From positions 90,210,001-90,274,000 of the forward strand of contig OX597820.1 of assembly GCA_951406725.2 (NCBI GenBank): a stretch of DNA of 64,000 nucleotides. The letters run 5' to 3'. A program made the position numbers and the translations under genes. The stretch is from Octopus vulgaris. Its lineage: Eukaryota. The notes under the pieces are model-generated. The model had not been told where the DNA came from and searched no databases. It was given only the letters and a program-made list of their open reading frames with translations. Below, piece after piece: positions 11,471 through 25,606 of the stretch. How positions within the stretch are numbered: position 1 is the stretch's first letter; the number at the start of each line of letters is the position of its first letter.

Positions 11471-12134
11471 TATATATATATATATATATATATATAAGAA
11501 ATATTGAATTTCTAAATCTCTCGTAGAGACATGTACGGTGGTGGTGTGTGTATGTATGTATGTATGTATGTATGTATGTATGTATGTATGTATGTGTATG
11601 TCTGTGTACAACTATTATAGCTACATATGTATAAGAAGGGTTGAATATTGATAACTGTTTTATGTTTGATACTGGTGGTCGGTGAATTAAGTGACATCTC
11701 TACTTTAACGGAGAGTATGTCTGCTAAGGTTAGATGACTTTTTAATTACAATCCCTATCCGCTTATTACGAGATAGCCCGACATCACTGTCGAGCTATAA
11801 ACTAATTGAGATAAGTGAACTTTGATTATATACTTATAGTATCAGTCTGCTATTATTTTCCTGTTTTCAACCACACCTTCCAATTATCGTATATACTTGA
11901 ATGTAAAACTTAAAATGCATCAGTTGTCCAACGAATATTGCGTATGCGCAAAGCGATGTCTAAAATTTTACACGTTTAAAACGTTACTGTTTTAAATTTT
12001 TAATCTGAAAATGGTGGATGATATATTATGCAGAAATCTTTTCTGACTGCTCTAAAAATATAAAATTCTATCGAATCATGTGTCTAAAATAGTAAACAAC
12101 ATTTGTTTCATGAAATATATATATATATCCACCA

Positions 12135-12235
12135 AGGTCGATTTTACAGTTCCTCCTTTCAGGGTCGCTAAATTAAGTACCACTTGCGTACTAGGATCGA
12201 TCTAATTGACTAATCCGGTCCTTGTGCCTAAAATA
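12135..12235 (+). mobile_element. SINE family B fragment
   Basis: ggtcga...ttcctcctttcagggtcgctaaattaagtacc matches the family B core. Confidence 0.6.
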
Positions 12236-12270
12236 GAAAAGAATATACACACACACACACATACACGCAC

Positions 12271-12311
<41 letters not shown>

Positions 12312-13752
12312 TATATACATATATATTTATATATATATCTATACATATGTGCGTGCATGTGTGCGTGTGTTTGTGTGCGTGTGCTTACACATGCTCTCAA
12401 ATATACGTGGTTAAGTCATTTTGGAGTTTCGATATATTATTAGCATATTTTGCGCGTATGTTGTACACATATAGGTTTTATGCTGAAAAGGATTAAGTAC
12501 TGACATCTATAACTGATAAGAGCGTATTTTGGAGCAACGAGTAATATCAATATAATCGATCTTCAGTGGGTTTGGGCCTCTATGTGGTTGCCCTATAGGG
12601 CCTAACTTCCAAACTAACGGACATGCACTATGACACTTTAAATAACGTAGCTCTACGTTCTTCTTGTAAGTTGGAATTGTTATGGATGAAATAGCATGAG
12701 TCATTGGACTACTCAGTTTTAGCTAGGCTACAAAAAAGCAACAATAACAATAAAGACAACTGTAAATGTTATATCAACTTTCAGCCGGATGCAACAAGTT
12801 TTCATAAATGGATTACGACATCAGAGCATAAAACGGGTTCTTATTTTGTGGATTATATCAAAGTATTTAGGTCGGCGCTGTACCATTTCCATCACCCAGA
12901 ATCGTTTGGGAAACTAAATATTGTAGCATTATCATATAATAATGTACAGTTTATTTAGAAGAAGCTTATTTAGAAGAGACCAGAAGCGACATTTCTTGAC
13001 GCTCTAGTGGTATTTATTTCGCTCGTGAATGTGAAGCGATAATCCATTGAACTTATAACGACACATGTATAGCAATTTATATCACATAGTGAGCCTGAGA
13101 AAGCGGTGTATTGCTCTGACACCAGTCAACCTAACTGAAATGATGCAATAAAGTTGTAACTGAACGGTGTCATATTACTGAGCTTACTGGATAATTGACA
13201 GTTGTTCGGAACTTTACAGTTTCCGATTCTGGCTTGCATTTATCTGTTTATCGTCAGTAATGCTGCATCAAACGTAATCACTAGTGATTATGAAAACCAA
13301 CCCATTTTCCCATATTTTCCAAAGTCTAAAATTTGTGATTAGTAAACGTATTACAGATACATTCACTCCACGATGTTTCTTAAATTGTCATCGAATATAC
13401 ATAGAATCCCCGGATTTTATTTGCCTATAGATGTATTTAACTAAATACAATACGTGATATATAATTTTAATTATGTACGCGGTTTTTCCATCATTTTGGT
13501 TAAGCAGAAAGATAAGTGTTCTTGCTATATGCAGAACAAACACTTTGACTGAATATAAGAAGATTGATGTAGTAATCCACATGTAGATTACTAGATGTAA
13601 CAACCTACATCTATCTTCTTAGGATCACAATCAAATCGGATTCCTTTCTCGCTCCGCTCATGCTTGATCTGTGATTTTTCAACAGGAGTATCAACAGCAT
13701 CGACCGCCAAAGTACAGAGACTTGGCGAAAGACACGCCAACAAGATATTAAA

Positions 13753-13803
<51 letters not shown>

Positions 13804-13899
13804 AATTCAGATGAGGATTCCGATAGAATCATGTACTTGAAGGTACGCGCCAGATAGGGATGGGTAATGTCTGTGATTCCGGCCTATGATTGTTGAGAG

Positions 13900-14990
13900 T
13901 TGAAATAAGGTCAATGGCCTTACATATCAAACTACACACTTTAAAGAAATACATTCTTAACCAAAACTGCCAACATAGTTGCTCATTCTCCCATTCATAG
14001 CTGGCCTCGATAAACATATCCCTGATGTATACAAGAATCAAGTTCTGGGTTGTGGGCACAGCGATGGTCAGTTTTGAGGCTCATTTCTGTCAAGTAGTTA
14101 GTTATCATATAGGAATTGAGGACAGGTAAATTATCTTGGTGCAGGTGTTATCGAGCCGAATCAACACCTTTGGCCTTTCGCAACGTAATGTCTTCCTGTC
14201 TGAACTCTCTCCAAATCTCCATGAAGTACGCTTTGTTTATAGTCTGGCCAGAGATTAGACAGTGGATGTAGGTAATACCTTTGCTGTCAAGTAAGGATAT
14301 TGTTATTAATTTACCTGTGAACCTGCTTTACCTGGCCTTCATGGGTCTGAGGAAAGCTGGATGCCTTCATTAGATAGATCTTTTGGCCTCTGGATCATAA
14401 CAATTAATCTAGCATTCATGAAAGACTACCAGAGACTCGAGTACTCTTGGACTGGAGGTAATGAGCACTACGATCTTCTTGCTTTCACTACCCCTCTTTC
14501 CTTCTGTCCGTCACTGAGCACCTGGGGGGGGGTTGCTCGAATTTTGCGCACGTTCAGAAATTCAAGAATAATTATGTGTGCAGTTGGTGCAGCAAATACA
14601 GACTCTATGCTTATTGTCTTTGTAGACACACTACGGTCTTTATTCAGAAAATTGCGAATTCTCTTAGGCAGTTCTATAGTCTCTCATTTTTCTATCTCTC
14701 TCACACTTCCCGTCGTTCTCTCCACCATCTTTAACGCGCTTATGCCAGCGAAAATTAAATGCTCGATTCATACAAGTTAATCCACAAGCGGGTCGGAACA
14801 TTTTATGTTTTTGTGCCGTTTTTGTTTAGTTGAACATACCTTTATTGCACAGTGAGCTTCTAAATTGTCTGAACGTTCTGTCTGTATTTTCAAATTATTC
14901 AGTAATGACTTGCCTTGTGTACTAAGTTGTGTTCAGATTGCTGTTCAAACTACAGCTATCTCCTTCAATCCGGAATAAATTGCTGGCAGG
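13900..14990 (-). mobile_element. Decayed mariner transposase
   Basis: Minus strand: CMNRAFNFRWHKRVKDG, KDRSVSTKTIS, CYDPEAKR, GKLITISLLDSKGITYIH, GQTINKAYFMEIWREFR, LHQDNLPVLNS...NPELDS. Confidence 0.85.
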
Positions 14991-15011
14991 TCAGCTTATT
15001 GGATGGGCAGT

Positions 15012-15285
15012 AATATATAATGAAATATAATGTAAAATATAAAATAAAATATACTATAAAATATATAATAAAATATAATATAAAATATAAAATAAAATAT
15101 AATATGAAATATATGATAAAATATAATATAAAATATAAAATAAAATATAATATAAAATATATAATAAAATATAAAATAAAATATAATATGAAATATATGA
15201 TAAAATATAATATAAAATATATAATAAAATATAATACAAAATATATAATAAAATATAATAAAATATATAATATATAATAAAATTA
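15012..15285. repeat. Almost pure A/T minisatellite, ~12-bp unit (ataaaatatata variants)
   Basis: Visible periodicity. The ORF track translates it as KYNI/KYII repeats. Confidence 0.9.
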
Positions 15286-15299
15286 CAATAACCTAGGAT

Positions 15300-15760
15300 A
15301 GTTTTAACTGCTACTCCTAAAAATGTATTAAGGCTTTTGGAATGATCCTCGTATGTTTCCAGGCCTTTTTAAGATGAGTTTCGGCCTCTCATATGCGTTC
15401 AGCCTAAAGAAAACAAATCATTCAACGTTGTTCTTCTTTGGAGCGTGCAGATAATGGAGTCCACATTAATCATGTGAAATGGTGATTAAAGATACACTGT
15501 GCCTTGTGCTAATCGCGCACCAAATTCACCAGTCATCTAGGAAAAATACGAGTGCATTGTTGATAATTACCGATTCAATGTTTATATGTATATCAGATAA
15601 CTTGACTCAAGTATGGAAAGGCTGCTTTTTCGTACCCCAAGTACGCTGCTGTGATACTGCTCTAATGGGACTTACGGTTAAAGCGACCTTTATTCTTCCA
15701 TATACAATTGTTTTAGTCACCTGTCTTAGTAGTAAATAAGCACGAATAGTCATTTGATTG
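15300..15760 (-). mobile_element. Highly decayed RTE-like LINE RT fragment
   Basis: Minus strand near 15540-15630 reads AFPYLSQVI, resembling the F-YLG-I motif late in the RT domain. Weak. Confidence 0.35.
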
Positions 15761-16119
15761 GACCACAATACACAGGATTATTGCAATGCTTTAATCATTT
15801 TAACTATATCTTAACGCGTCCTCCCTATATGAAATTCACATAAGTTTCTGAAATGTGTCTTGTCACAATATATAGTATCTTTAATTTCTTCGTTTACTAT
15901 TGATATTTGCTTTCGCAGTAGCAGGTTAAAATTCGTTCTGCCAGTGTATGTTCCAAAATACTTCTATTTACGAATGATTGATGTAATGGATATACTTGTG
16001 TTTCTTTCCACAACTGTATATTTGGATTAATTTTAAAGTCATTTGCTATATTTTTATAGGGTGTGGCAACCGAAAATTTAATCAGTCATGTTTTGTTTTG
16101 CTATCGTACGCACAATGAC

Positions 16120-16186
<67 letters not shown>

Positions 16187-16188
16187 AC

Positions 16189-16263
<75 letters not shown>

Positions 16264-16320
16264 TATTATTATTAATACTATTATTATTACTATTATTATT
16301 ATTATTATTATTGTTATTTT
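16120..16320. repeat. (TTA)n microsatellite
   Basis: Directly visible. Confidence 0.98.
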
Positions 16321-16355
16321 CTTTTTCTTTTTTTTCTGCAAATATTAAGGTGAAC

Positions 16356-16555
16356 AATCAGAATCGTTAACACGCCGGCAGAATGCATTGTGGTATTTCA
16401 ACCGGTTTTACATTTTGAGTTCTAATTTCACTGAGGCTGACTTCGCATTTTATCATTTCGGGTGCGTTAAGAGAAGTACCAGTTAAACATTGGGATCGAT
16501 GTAATCGACTTAATTCCTCTTCGAAATTGCTGGCCTTTTGCCAAACTTTGAGTTC
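16356..16555 (+). mobile_element. SINE family B, decayed
   Basis: cagaatcgttaacacgccgg...gagttctaatttcactgagg...agtaccag...gatgtaatcgactt. Confidence 0.75.
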
Positions 16556-17949
16556 ATTTTTTATTTAAAGATTGTATACTAACATAAACTTCATTGGCAT
16601 TTATATCATAAAACCTCATGAACTCGTTTATAAATTTTGACTGTATCTCTGTGTGAATAGCTAAATAATTTACGTTTTGAGCATCAGCAACATCCGTCTC
16701 CAAAGGTCACCGAAGTTCACGAGCAAAAGTACTTTCTCTACACTCAGAAAAATAATGCAGAACATTAAATATAGATTTCATACAGTTAACTTAGTTGTAA
16801 CTCGTTTTGCCTTACTATCACCTGATGTTCTATTACAGTGTCCACTTTCATACTTTTCTACATAGTAGATTGTTTCTTTAATTACAGATACTCTGGCCTC
16901 AGAGTTTCTCTTTACACACTTTCGTTGTACAGTGTAGAGTTAATGAGTGTGTTCTTAAAAGTTTGCTTTCACCTTCTCTCCTTCTCTCTCTGTTTTCGAA
17001 TTATATATATATATATATAATTCTACAAACGCATGTTAGAATGTACAAACGGAATGCTGTTTTATTGGTATATGAAAATACTAATGCCACCCCACTCCTT
17101 AAGACGTACGTTTTCTTCATACATAATCATGGCAGTAATAGGAAACTCGCATGGCATATTCGATATTATGGAAAGCTACACTCATCGGCAGATATATTTG
17201 AACTACTTTATTTGTCCATGTAACAAATATTTCGGTGATAGAGGTGTTTTTACATCTTGTGCCTTTTCTTATGTATTACCAGCATTATGTTTTATTAGCA
17301 TAGCATACCAGAATAATCTTGCACATAAATAGAAATCTAGGTTTCTGTGAGCGACGGCATCTTGCTACTCTGGATAAAATAATCTCCCGATGAATATTTT
17401 ATAACATATTTGTATTAAGTATAAACATAGTTAATAAAAAAATGAAATAAAAGCAATAAGCTAACAAAAGTAAGCTGACTGATGCGGAATATTCTTGCAT
17501 TAGTGATAGAGAATCCATCATAATGTCTAGAATCTGTAACACATACAAGCACTCATATTTAAATCATTCACGCATACATAAGATTTTCGCAAACCGAGGC
17601 ATCACAAGTTGTCATCTATTCCCCGTGTTATTATATGTACATGATGCACACGCATATATCACAGTGTAGCTTTCCATAATGTATATTTATAATATTAATT
17701 TCAATATTCCATAGGAGTTTCCTAATATTCTTATGATTGTGCATAGAGAAAACATACATGTCTTAAGGAGTGGGGTAGCATTAGTATTTTTGTATATCAA
17801 TAAAACAGCATCCCGTCTGTACATTGTAACATTTCGTTTATACAATTGAAAGTCGCAGTATTTCTTAAATATTATACTAAGGATTACATATCAGAGGTCA
17901 ATGATGACATATAAGTATCTAATACTTATTGGAAATAACGGACAATGTA

Positions 17950-18540
17950 CAGGCAAATAGATCTTCACTTTAACTCTATTGAATATGCTCTACAGATCAT
18001 GTTATAGTTACAATAACATTAAACTATAAATCTGTTTCTAGAATGACCAATTCTGTTGCAACAGTGAATGATTTATAAAACAAATCTGGTAAAACAATCT
18101 GGAAATGTAAAGAAACACCCTCTACTACCAAAATCTAAATTCAAGCAGAACTTGCTCCAGATTCAATAAACAGGAACAAATAAATGCTGGTAGAAACCAA
18201 CAATGATCAAGCTCAAACCATTCCAAAAATCGATATTGAAAAATATCTATTTAAAGAGCTCATGATTTCCTAATAGATTTTACAATTATTTCACTGTAAA
18301 ACGTCCCGCAACACTGACAATGTTGACTTCATGTAAGGTGTCTAGAGCAATCAGCCTAACAGAATGTATTGTCTTCTAACAATATTCACAGAGGTATTTC
18401 AAAACAGACTGAAAACAAATGAAAACTAGTCAATAGATTTTGCTCAGAGGTGGAAAAACCATGTTCAGTTACGTTTTAAGTTCAAATAACAAACTGGCTT
18501 CTTTACCCTTCTGGACTTGATAGAAAAGGGACTTAAACGT
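17950..18540 (+). mobile_element. Highly decayed LINE ORF2 fragment
   Basis: STDHVIVTITL (SDH-like end of an APE domain) and SRAISLT (YRPISL-like start of RT) in broken frames. Weak. Confidence 0.3.
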
Positions 18541-19038
18541 TTTGGTAGACTTAACAATTTTTTTCTTCTTTTTGCTCTCTAAAAATACGCAGTCTTCTGC
18601 TTTGCGTGTGTGCGTGTGTGTGAGTCTGTGTCTCTCTATCTGTTTGTCTGTCTATCTGCCTTTCTGTGTGTATGTACTTATGAACGTATGTATATGGGAT
18701 TGTCTGCGGGCATGTTTGCATGTGTGCGTTTGTAGGCGTGTAGCAGTTACAAAGTAACATAAACGACTCCATAGCGTAGAGTTTAAAGTTATCAAATAAC
18801 ATCAGTAAAAATAAAAAGAAAACTTTAGGAACGAAAACCCAGGTTTGGGTTAATAAGAAAACATTCTACCAGGACACTTGATGAAGAATGGAGAGTAAAT
18901 CAGGCGAAAAGTTGTGGTAGCAATAAAAAAGATGAGGACACATATCAGTCCAATGTAACAAATGTCTCTCTCTCTCTCTGTCTCTCTCTCTCACTCTCTC
19001 TCTCTCTCTTTCTCTCTCTCTCTTTTATATATATATAT

Positions 19039-19331
19039 ATACATGCGTATAATAGGGATGACCACTAAGTGGACATCCAATATGCTAGAAGAATGTCACC
19101 TACGATGTAACTACAAAGAATAGAATGTTCTCTAGATGACATTCTTTTCTTTGTAGTTAGATCGTATGTGATCTTCTTCTAGCATATTGGATGTCCACTT
19201 AGTGGTCATCCTATTATACGCATGTATCGTAATTTTTCTGAATTTTCAGATTTTTCTATATGCTAGGCTACTGGTTTTAAATTGATATTAACTTAATTAA
19301 TATTCATTTTATCACCCTCATTATTTAAATT

Positions 19332-19333
<2 letters not shown>
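19039..19333. repeat. ~190-bp nearly spacerless fold-back (19039-19227) plus unique tail, between (TA)n tracts
   Basis: atacatgcgtataatagggatgaccactaagtggacatccaatatgctagaag... mirrored by ...cttctagcatattggatgtccacttagtggtcatcctattatacgcatgtat. Centre tctaga at 19131-19136. Confidence 0.92.
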
Positions 19334-19363
<30 letters not shown>

Positions 19364-19375
19364 TATATATTGTAG

Positions 19376-19535
19376 AGGCGCAATGGCCTAGTGGTTAGGG
19401 CAGCGGACTCGCGGTCGCAGGATCGCGGTTTCGGTTCTCAGACCGGGCGTTGTGTGTGTTTATTGAGCGAAAACACCTAAAAGCTCTACGAGGCTCCGGC
19501 AGGGGGTGGTGATCCCTGCTGTACTCTTTCACCAC
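19376..19535 (+). mobile_element. tRNA-derived SINE, family C
   Basis: A-box-like tggcctagtgg and B-box-like ggtttcggttc in a tRNA-like head, followed by a non-tRNA body. Confidence 0.8.
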
Positions 19536-21289
19536 AATGGCGGTGCCCCAGCATGGCCACAGCTCAAGAGCTGAAACTGGAAAAACAAAAACAAAAAACA
19601 AATATATATATATATATATATATATACATACATATACATGAGAGAGAGAGGAAAAGGGTAGTTGTGGAGTATCCTTCTGCTACCAAAGTCTTTATTGTCA
19701 TATTGTGTATCCACTGTGATATACACGCTGGAGAGTAAAATCGTCTACCTTCCTTAATGGGTGATTTGGATTGGTTACTGATTTCAAGTAATAAGATAAC
19801 CTCTGTCCAATTGTGTCCCTTGCTAGATAATGCTCACAAAATACTTCAAATTGTAATTTGCCCTCTTAGAAATGGATGAACATACAAAATAATGTATTCT
19901 TACATGAGTAAAAATGGTTGGCTATAAGGGGAATATCTTTGGTAATAGGTCTGTTGAATGACGTTTGACTTGGATATGAACAATTACAAGAAGAAGTAAT
20001 GCAAAACGAGGAATCGCTAGTAAACTGCACGGGGGCATTGAAATTTAATTGTGTTAGACAGAGATATTTTCATTGCGAGCAGACTAGTTAAAAACTTCTA
20101 TTGTGCTATATTCTAAATTACGAAAATATATAACAAAGCAGTGTAAAACTTAAATTTATTTTATCGTTTTCAGACATCTAGTGCTATCATGAAAATACTT
20201 ATATCGATAATCTAGTTTCTTCTGAAACAAAATTCAGTAAATAATACCAATTTAATTCGAATTGAATTTATACTATATTACCACTAAGATGTCTGTGACC
20301 TGTTCATTCTTATCTACAGTATAGGACATTCAAATTTTGTTCAAATTTACTTACGTAACTATATACCCGCTTAGATAGACATAAAGATCCTTTCCCAAAA
20401 AATAGACATACCCACATGTTGACACAAAACGCATCATTAAGGATTCAAAAACGATCAATCTCGCTCATTTTATCCCTTTGCTAACATGTATTATATTCTG
20501 AAGAAATCACTCGAGTATTTTTCATGTCGTTCATCTCTGACGTTCATCAGATTTTGTTTAATCAGGTGGACAACAGTCCGTGTCTTCCGATGGAACAGTG
20601 TAAATAAACAGCATTCAGCTATCATTTATATCTTAATGGAAGAGCAACATGCCCTAACAAGCCCTATTTCGTTCATATCAGAAGCCTGTTAATTTACTTT
20701 ATACGCTCATTCCTGGGACTTGTTGGGTTATTAATCAACATATAATGAATTTGTTTTCTAGAGATAGGATCACAGAAAAATTAAATGTTAAAGTCTCTTG
20801 TAGATATTACATTTTCTCATAGGGTAATATTGGTTTATATAGATAGGCTAATTTAAGCATATTTACAAATATTGAAACATCTTTATGCTGTCTTTGTAGT
20901 TTTATGGTAATTTGTAGTTTGTTATAAGCTGAGGCACTGCCTTCTTTCCTGTGGTTTAGCACCAGATTATTAATGGAGAGTAAATGCATAGACAAAAGCA
21001 TTCCGACTATTAAAGCAACTCTATTTGTTCATCTATACTTACATTATCCAACTTACTCTTTATTTATTTTAAAAGAGAAATGATCAGAATGTAATTAGGT
21101 TGCTTGTTCTATATTATCAAGAAACTGGGTAGATATTTTATTATTTGAAGTTTTGTAAAGATATTAACGATGCAAGATGAAGGCAAATAACTTTAATCAC
21201 GATTCAGTGGCGCTATTTTACTAATTCCCAAGTTCTTCCCAAATTATTCCAGGTCTATGTAGATTGACTACAGGAGAATATTCTATAAA

Positions 21290-21810
21290 TATGAGGTTTG
21301 ATAAAAAAGTAACGGAACTGTTCCTACGGTAACGGAACTAAAATATATAGCGTCAAGCCGCTTTGCACAAGTTGACCATAAACACTTTTTCGTACCCGTA
21401 ATAATTTATAACATTCTCATTCATTTCCGTTGTTAATAACAATACTTAGAAGTAAAGTGTGTACAAAGCTGCCCTCTCAAAAAGATCACGTTTCATCTGC
21501 GTAGGGCCAATTTGATTGTGTCGAGCAAGGGGAAAAAAATTTTGAAAATCGTATTCGTAGCTTGAATGGAATCCCATTTGAAAGGAACAAAATTTCAAGT
21601 CATCGAAGAAAACCAAGAGAGTTTCGACGAGGCAGCTGCTCCCCATCTCACAAAGAGAGTTCCAGGAATGCCTACATCACTGAAAACAACAAATAATGAA
21701 ATGTGTGGCTTCAGGAGATTAAATGCCGAACGATTTTAATTGCCGGATATATATTTCTCGCAGGTTTCTCTTTATAGCACCAGACAGGATAATTTTTATC
21801 AGACCTCGTA
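21290..21810 (+). mobile_element. Internally deleted mariner remnant
   Basis: Left TIR-like tatgaggtttgataaaaa and right tttttatcagacctcgta. C-terminal motif ISQREFQECL...KCVASG near 21645-21715. Confidence 0.65.
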
Positions 21811-22837
21811 CTGGCTAAATGTATACATACTAGTGTTTTTGTTTTATATAATGTTCTAGTGCAAGGGAATGTGTCCATACTGCTTAGGTAGCCATCTGAT
21901 TTATAACCAATCACACTAGCTTAATGCTCATAGGATTATCATTGTCGGTGTTTTTCTTGAACAGATGCTAGAGGAAAAGCTGTAACAAGTAACATGTACA
22001 GTAGGTTATTGTTTTCAAGAAAAATCACAGAAAGACTGGTTAGAGTGAGGCTCTGAGGTGGGGATGGATTCAAAACTATTTTCGATTAAAGAAGTAATGA
22101 ATAGATGATCTTTTGTAGAAGAATAAATATGAAATTGTCGGTGACAGAAGAGGAGTTGCAGAAAAAGATAAGAATATGCAAATTTGTAGATCGGAGATCA
22201 GAGTAGCTTCTCAATTTGATCCACTCTTAGACGTATGTACATTAGAAGCACCATCCTATTATTCCTTCGAAAGAGAATAAGTAGAACGCGTGCAAATTTT
22301 AAATTTACATATAAGACAGTTTTGATAAGGCGTATTGCATTTATCAAAAAGTGTATATAGAATGTTTGACAGTGATTGGAATCTAAGAGATGCGATTTCG
22401 TAGTCCTTCACAATATACACTCAGCTATTCTAATACACTCACAGAATGACATTCAATGGAACAGGAACACCATTTTGCATTAATATATAGTTTGCAATAT
22501 TTCTAACTTGTTAGAAAAGGATTAAAGAGATTAATTTAAGCAATATCTTTCGAGAAAGTGCTTTATATATTTTAAATATTTGCGTAAAATGCATATCTAT
22601 AATCCTAATGGAATGAATACAATTCGACATTTATATCTTTCAATTAAAAGCCAATGCATATTTACTAAATACTTATGGAAATGTATTCGGTTAGGCCTTG
22701 TAGACGAGATGTATAGAAGCACGCATACATATGAACACATACACACAGATACACACATATATATACATATGAACAAACACACACACATACACATACATAC
22801 ATGTATGCATGTATCTATTATGTATGTATATATGTAA

Positions 22838-22880
<43 letters not shown>

Positions 22881-23999
22881 TACATATTTATATATACATA
22901 CATATCTATATATTTATCTATATAGATATAAATATGTATATATGTATATATACACACGGAGATATGTAAAAGTATAAATAGTTAGACTGATAGAAACAAT
23001 AGATGCACAATACATACAAGTAAAAACACCCACTCGCACATACATATCTGATTTTAAATCCTTAAATATTTTCAGTTAGCTAATGAGATGAAATGATGTA
23101 ATAGAATTTTGTATGTGAAATAAGTTCAAATGGCAAATAATTTTAAGCCCACAAATCCAACGTTCGAGCAGAACACCGTATATAATCCAGTAAATATATT
23201 TAACAAACAGAGATTTCACTTCTTGGTGTAATCTGAACTTACGGGGAAATATCTATGTTATTTGGAAGAAATCAATTTTAAATATTTAAAGCATTCGTTG
23301 GAGTCGTTTCGTAAATATGTTATTATCTAATACTTAAGTTACAGATTCTTAGATACAACGGAGTCATATGCCCAACTCTAAGGTAGATATAACATCAACG
23401 ACTACACTCTTCGAAACACCCAAAATATATAACATTAGAATCTCGGTAATTCACCCTGAAGAAATTTCCCTCACCTAAACAAATCCTCAGTTTAACAAAT
23501 ACCGATTTGGTCCGGTTCATGATCCTGATATTAGAGACTCAATCGAATAGCAGGCAGTCCATTGAGCCCTTGAGTAAGGAATTTAATTGCATAATGCTCC
23601 AAGTTACCTAGGATGAGTAACAACCAGGATGCCTATACAGCCTCCACTCCATAGAGCTGTCATATTTTGTATCTTCACCTTGTGAAGAACGAGGGTGTCA
23701 AGAATGCATCTATGAGTGTATAATTGTCCACCACTACACATTCACCGAAGCACATTATCGAATGCATTGTGATAGTAGCAGTATCATTCTTCAACTGAAT
23801 ACTCATCGTTGGTTGGTTATAATTACCCAAATACTACAACTTTAACACGAAATAACTTCTAGCGCACGAACGTTTGTCAAAATTGTTCAAAGTAAACCGT
23901 GTTCTGCGTGAGAAATTACATCAGTATACGAAGTTTCAAAGTGTTTAGTTAAAAAGAAAATTACTAAAAAATCTCTGAACCAAAATGAACAGATCCTTC

Positions 24000-24330
24000 A
24001 TTAGAAAATGTACGAAAATATATCATAAATTAGTTGCATTCTACTGGAGACTGGCTTTTTACAGATGGTGTCATGAGGGGAAAGTACTGTGTATGAACTT
24101 ACAAAGAGCTCCCGAATAGGTTTGTAAAGGTTCATGCAGACAATTTCAGAAATAAAACGATTTAGGAGAAAATACAAGAGCGTTACAGTTTAGGGGGTCA
24201 ATGTTTAGAAAAAATTGTTTCCGGTTTATCGTCAGGTGCAACAGTAAAAATGACGATAACATTAGAATAATTAAGGTAGAGGCTAGTTCAGGGAAACTGC
24301 GGGGGTTGTAGTGTCATTAGAAAAGGCAAC
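24000..24330 (-). mobile_element. Decayed CR1/L2-like RT fragment
   Basis: Minus strand FPELASTL and DPLNC resemble APEL...DP-NYRPI. Weak. Confidence 0.3.
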
Positions 24331-24506
24331 ACTGGAAGCAATGTGTCTATTATCTAGTGGTGAAGGTGGTTAGTTTCATATTAGTAACGCTGCAAAACAG
24401 TCCACTTACCATTCCTGAATGGATTCTAGGATAAAATATCATTAAAAGGAAGTTTTCAAAATAGATAACTAACTAATAAAATTTAAATAAATAAAAATTA
24501 GGAGGT

Positions 24507-24622
24507 GGTCCCAGGTTCTGTCCCACTGCATGTCACCGTGGAACTGTCTTCTACTCTAACCTCGGGTCAGCCAAAGTCTTTGTGAATGGATTTATTAGAC
24601 GGGAACTGAAAGAAGCCCGTCA
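24507..24622 (+). mobile_element. SINE family A, 5' part
   Basis: ggttctgtcccactgc...gtcttctact...aactgaaagaagcccgtc. Confidence 0.75.
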
Positions 24623-24634
24623 TATATATATATA

Positions 24635-25595
24635 ATTTACTGTTCCGTAATGAAAAGATCAACGTAAAAGTACTCTATCTGGTGAGGGATAACTATCATT
24701 TATTTAAAGGACACAACAGATGTCTTTAAGTGCCATTAATAGTTTTATGCGTTGAAAAATATCTCAAACATATTCCTCAAGCGCTAACAATTATGAACTA
24801 AAACGATTTAATTAGAATTAAAACAACTGAATTAGAAAAGACACGGGAAAAAGCTGAGAAGGCAGCATATAGAGAACGTGGAAAGGAAAAAAAAAACCCC
24901 AAAAAACGGAAAATGAAAAATGGGAAAGCGAAAAAGTAAAAAAGGTAAAAGGGCTATGCTGCCCTTTTATAAGTTTGGAAAGTTATCAAGAAGTTAAATA
25001 GGTATATGCTGAATTCTCCAATTCTTCAAAATGTATTTATATATGTTAGCAACCGCTGAAAATTTTCGACCTAGAGTTCAGTAGAGAGTGTAGGGAATTT
25101 TGATCTGTAAAGGATATGAACTCTTTCAGCTAAACATACCCTGTATGTATTTGATTCATTAACATAAGGCGTGGATTTCTCAATTACTTTCCATTTAATC
25201 AGATGTAGTGTTTCGTTAGCTTTCAAACTCCATACATGGCTAGCCAACTTAGTAGCTTTGCTTTAGTCCTTACTTCGGAAGGAGGCTATGTGATTGGCAT
25301 AGCGTTATTTAAATTCTCGTTCAAATAATCCAATATAGTTCTTCTTATCTGTGGTGTTAATATTTAGCGTTGCAGTAACTTCTACCTCATACATGACAGA
25401 TTTAATCATACATTGTTGGTTAAGTGAACAAGATCCTGGGTCGCGACTGTTAGAACTGAACTTAGGCTCTTGGTAGTGGCCTCGTGTAATGATACTTTTC
25501 ATATTAGATTAGCAGCTATGAGATAATTTAACAGAACGCCTATTGAATATTTTCCTGTACCTGTGAATTGCTGGAAAGTGACTGTCTAAGAGAAA
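24635..25595 (-). mobile_element. 5'-truncated Penelope-like element (linker, GIY-YIG, 3' non-coding end)
   Basis: Minus strand: HFPAIHRYRKIFNRRSVKLSHSC, MKSII...CSLNQQCMIKSVMYEVEV...KNYIGLFEREFK*RYANHIASF...ATKLASHVWSLK...IKWKVIEK...CLAE. The 3' end abuts (TA)n at ~24625. Confidence 0.88.
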
Positions 25596-25606
25596 CAGGA
25601 ATAAGA

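Noticed and set aside
13190-13260. Minus-strand CTGACGA...GAAAC
   Set aside because: No complementary helices I, II or III.
13806-13841. cagatga-ggattc cgata gaatc-atgtac next to (TA)n, hammerhead-like
   Set aside because: GAAA is absent and the core is altered. It would need two deletions to fit.
19376-19447. tRNA gene candidate (likewise 34680 and 44680)
   Set aside because: No complete acceptor stem, and the sequence continues into a repeat body, so these are SINE heads.
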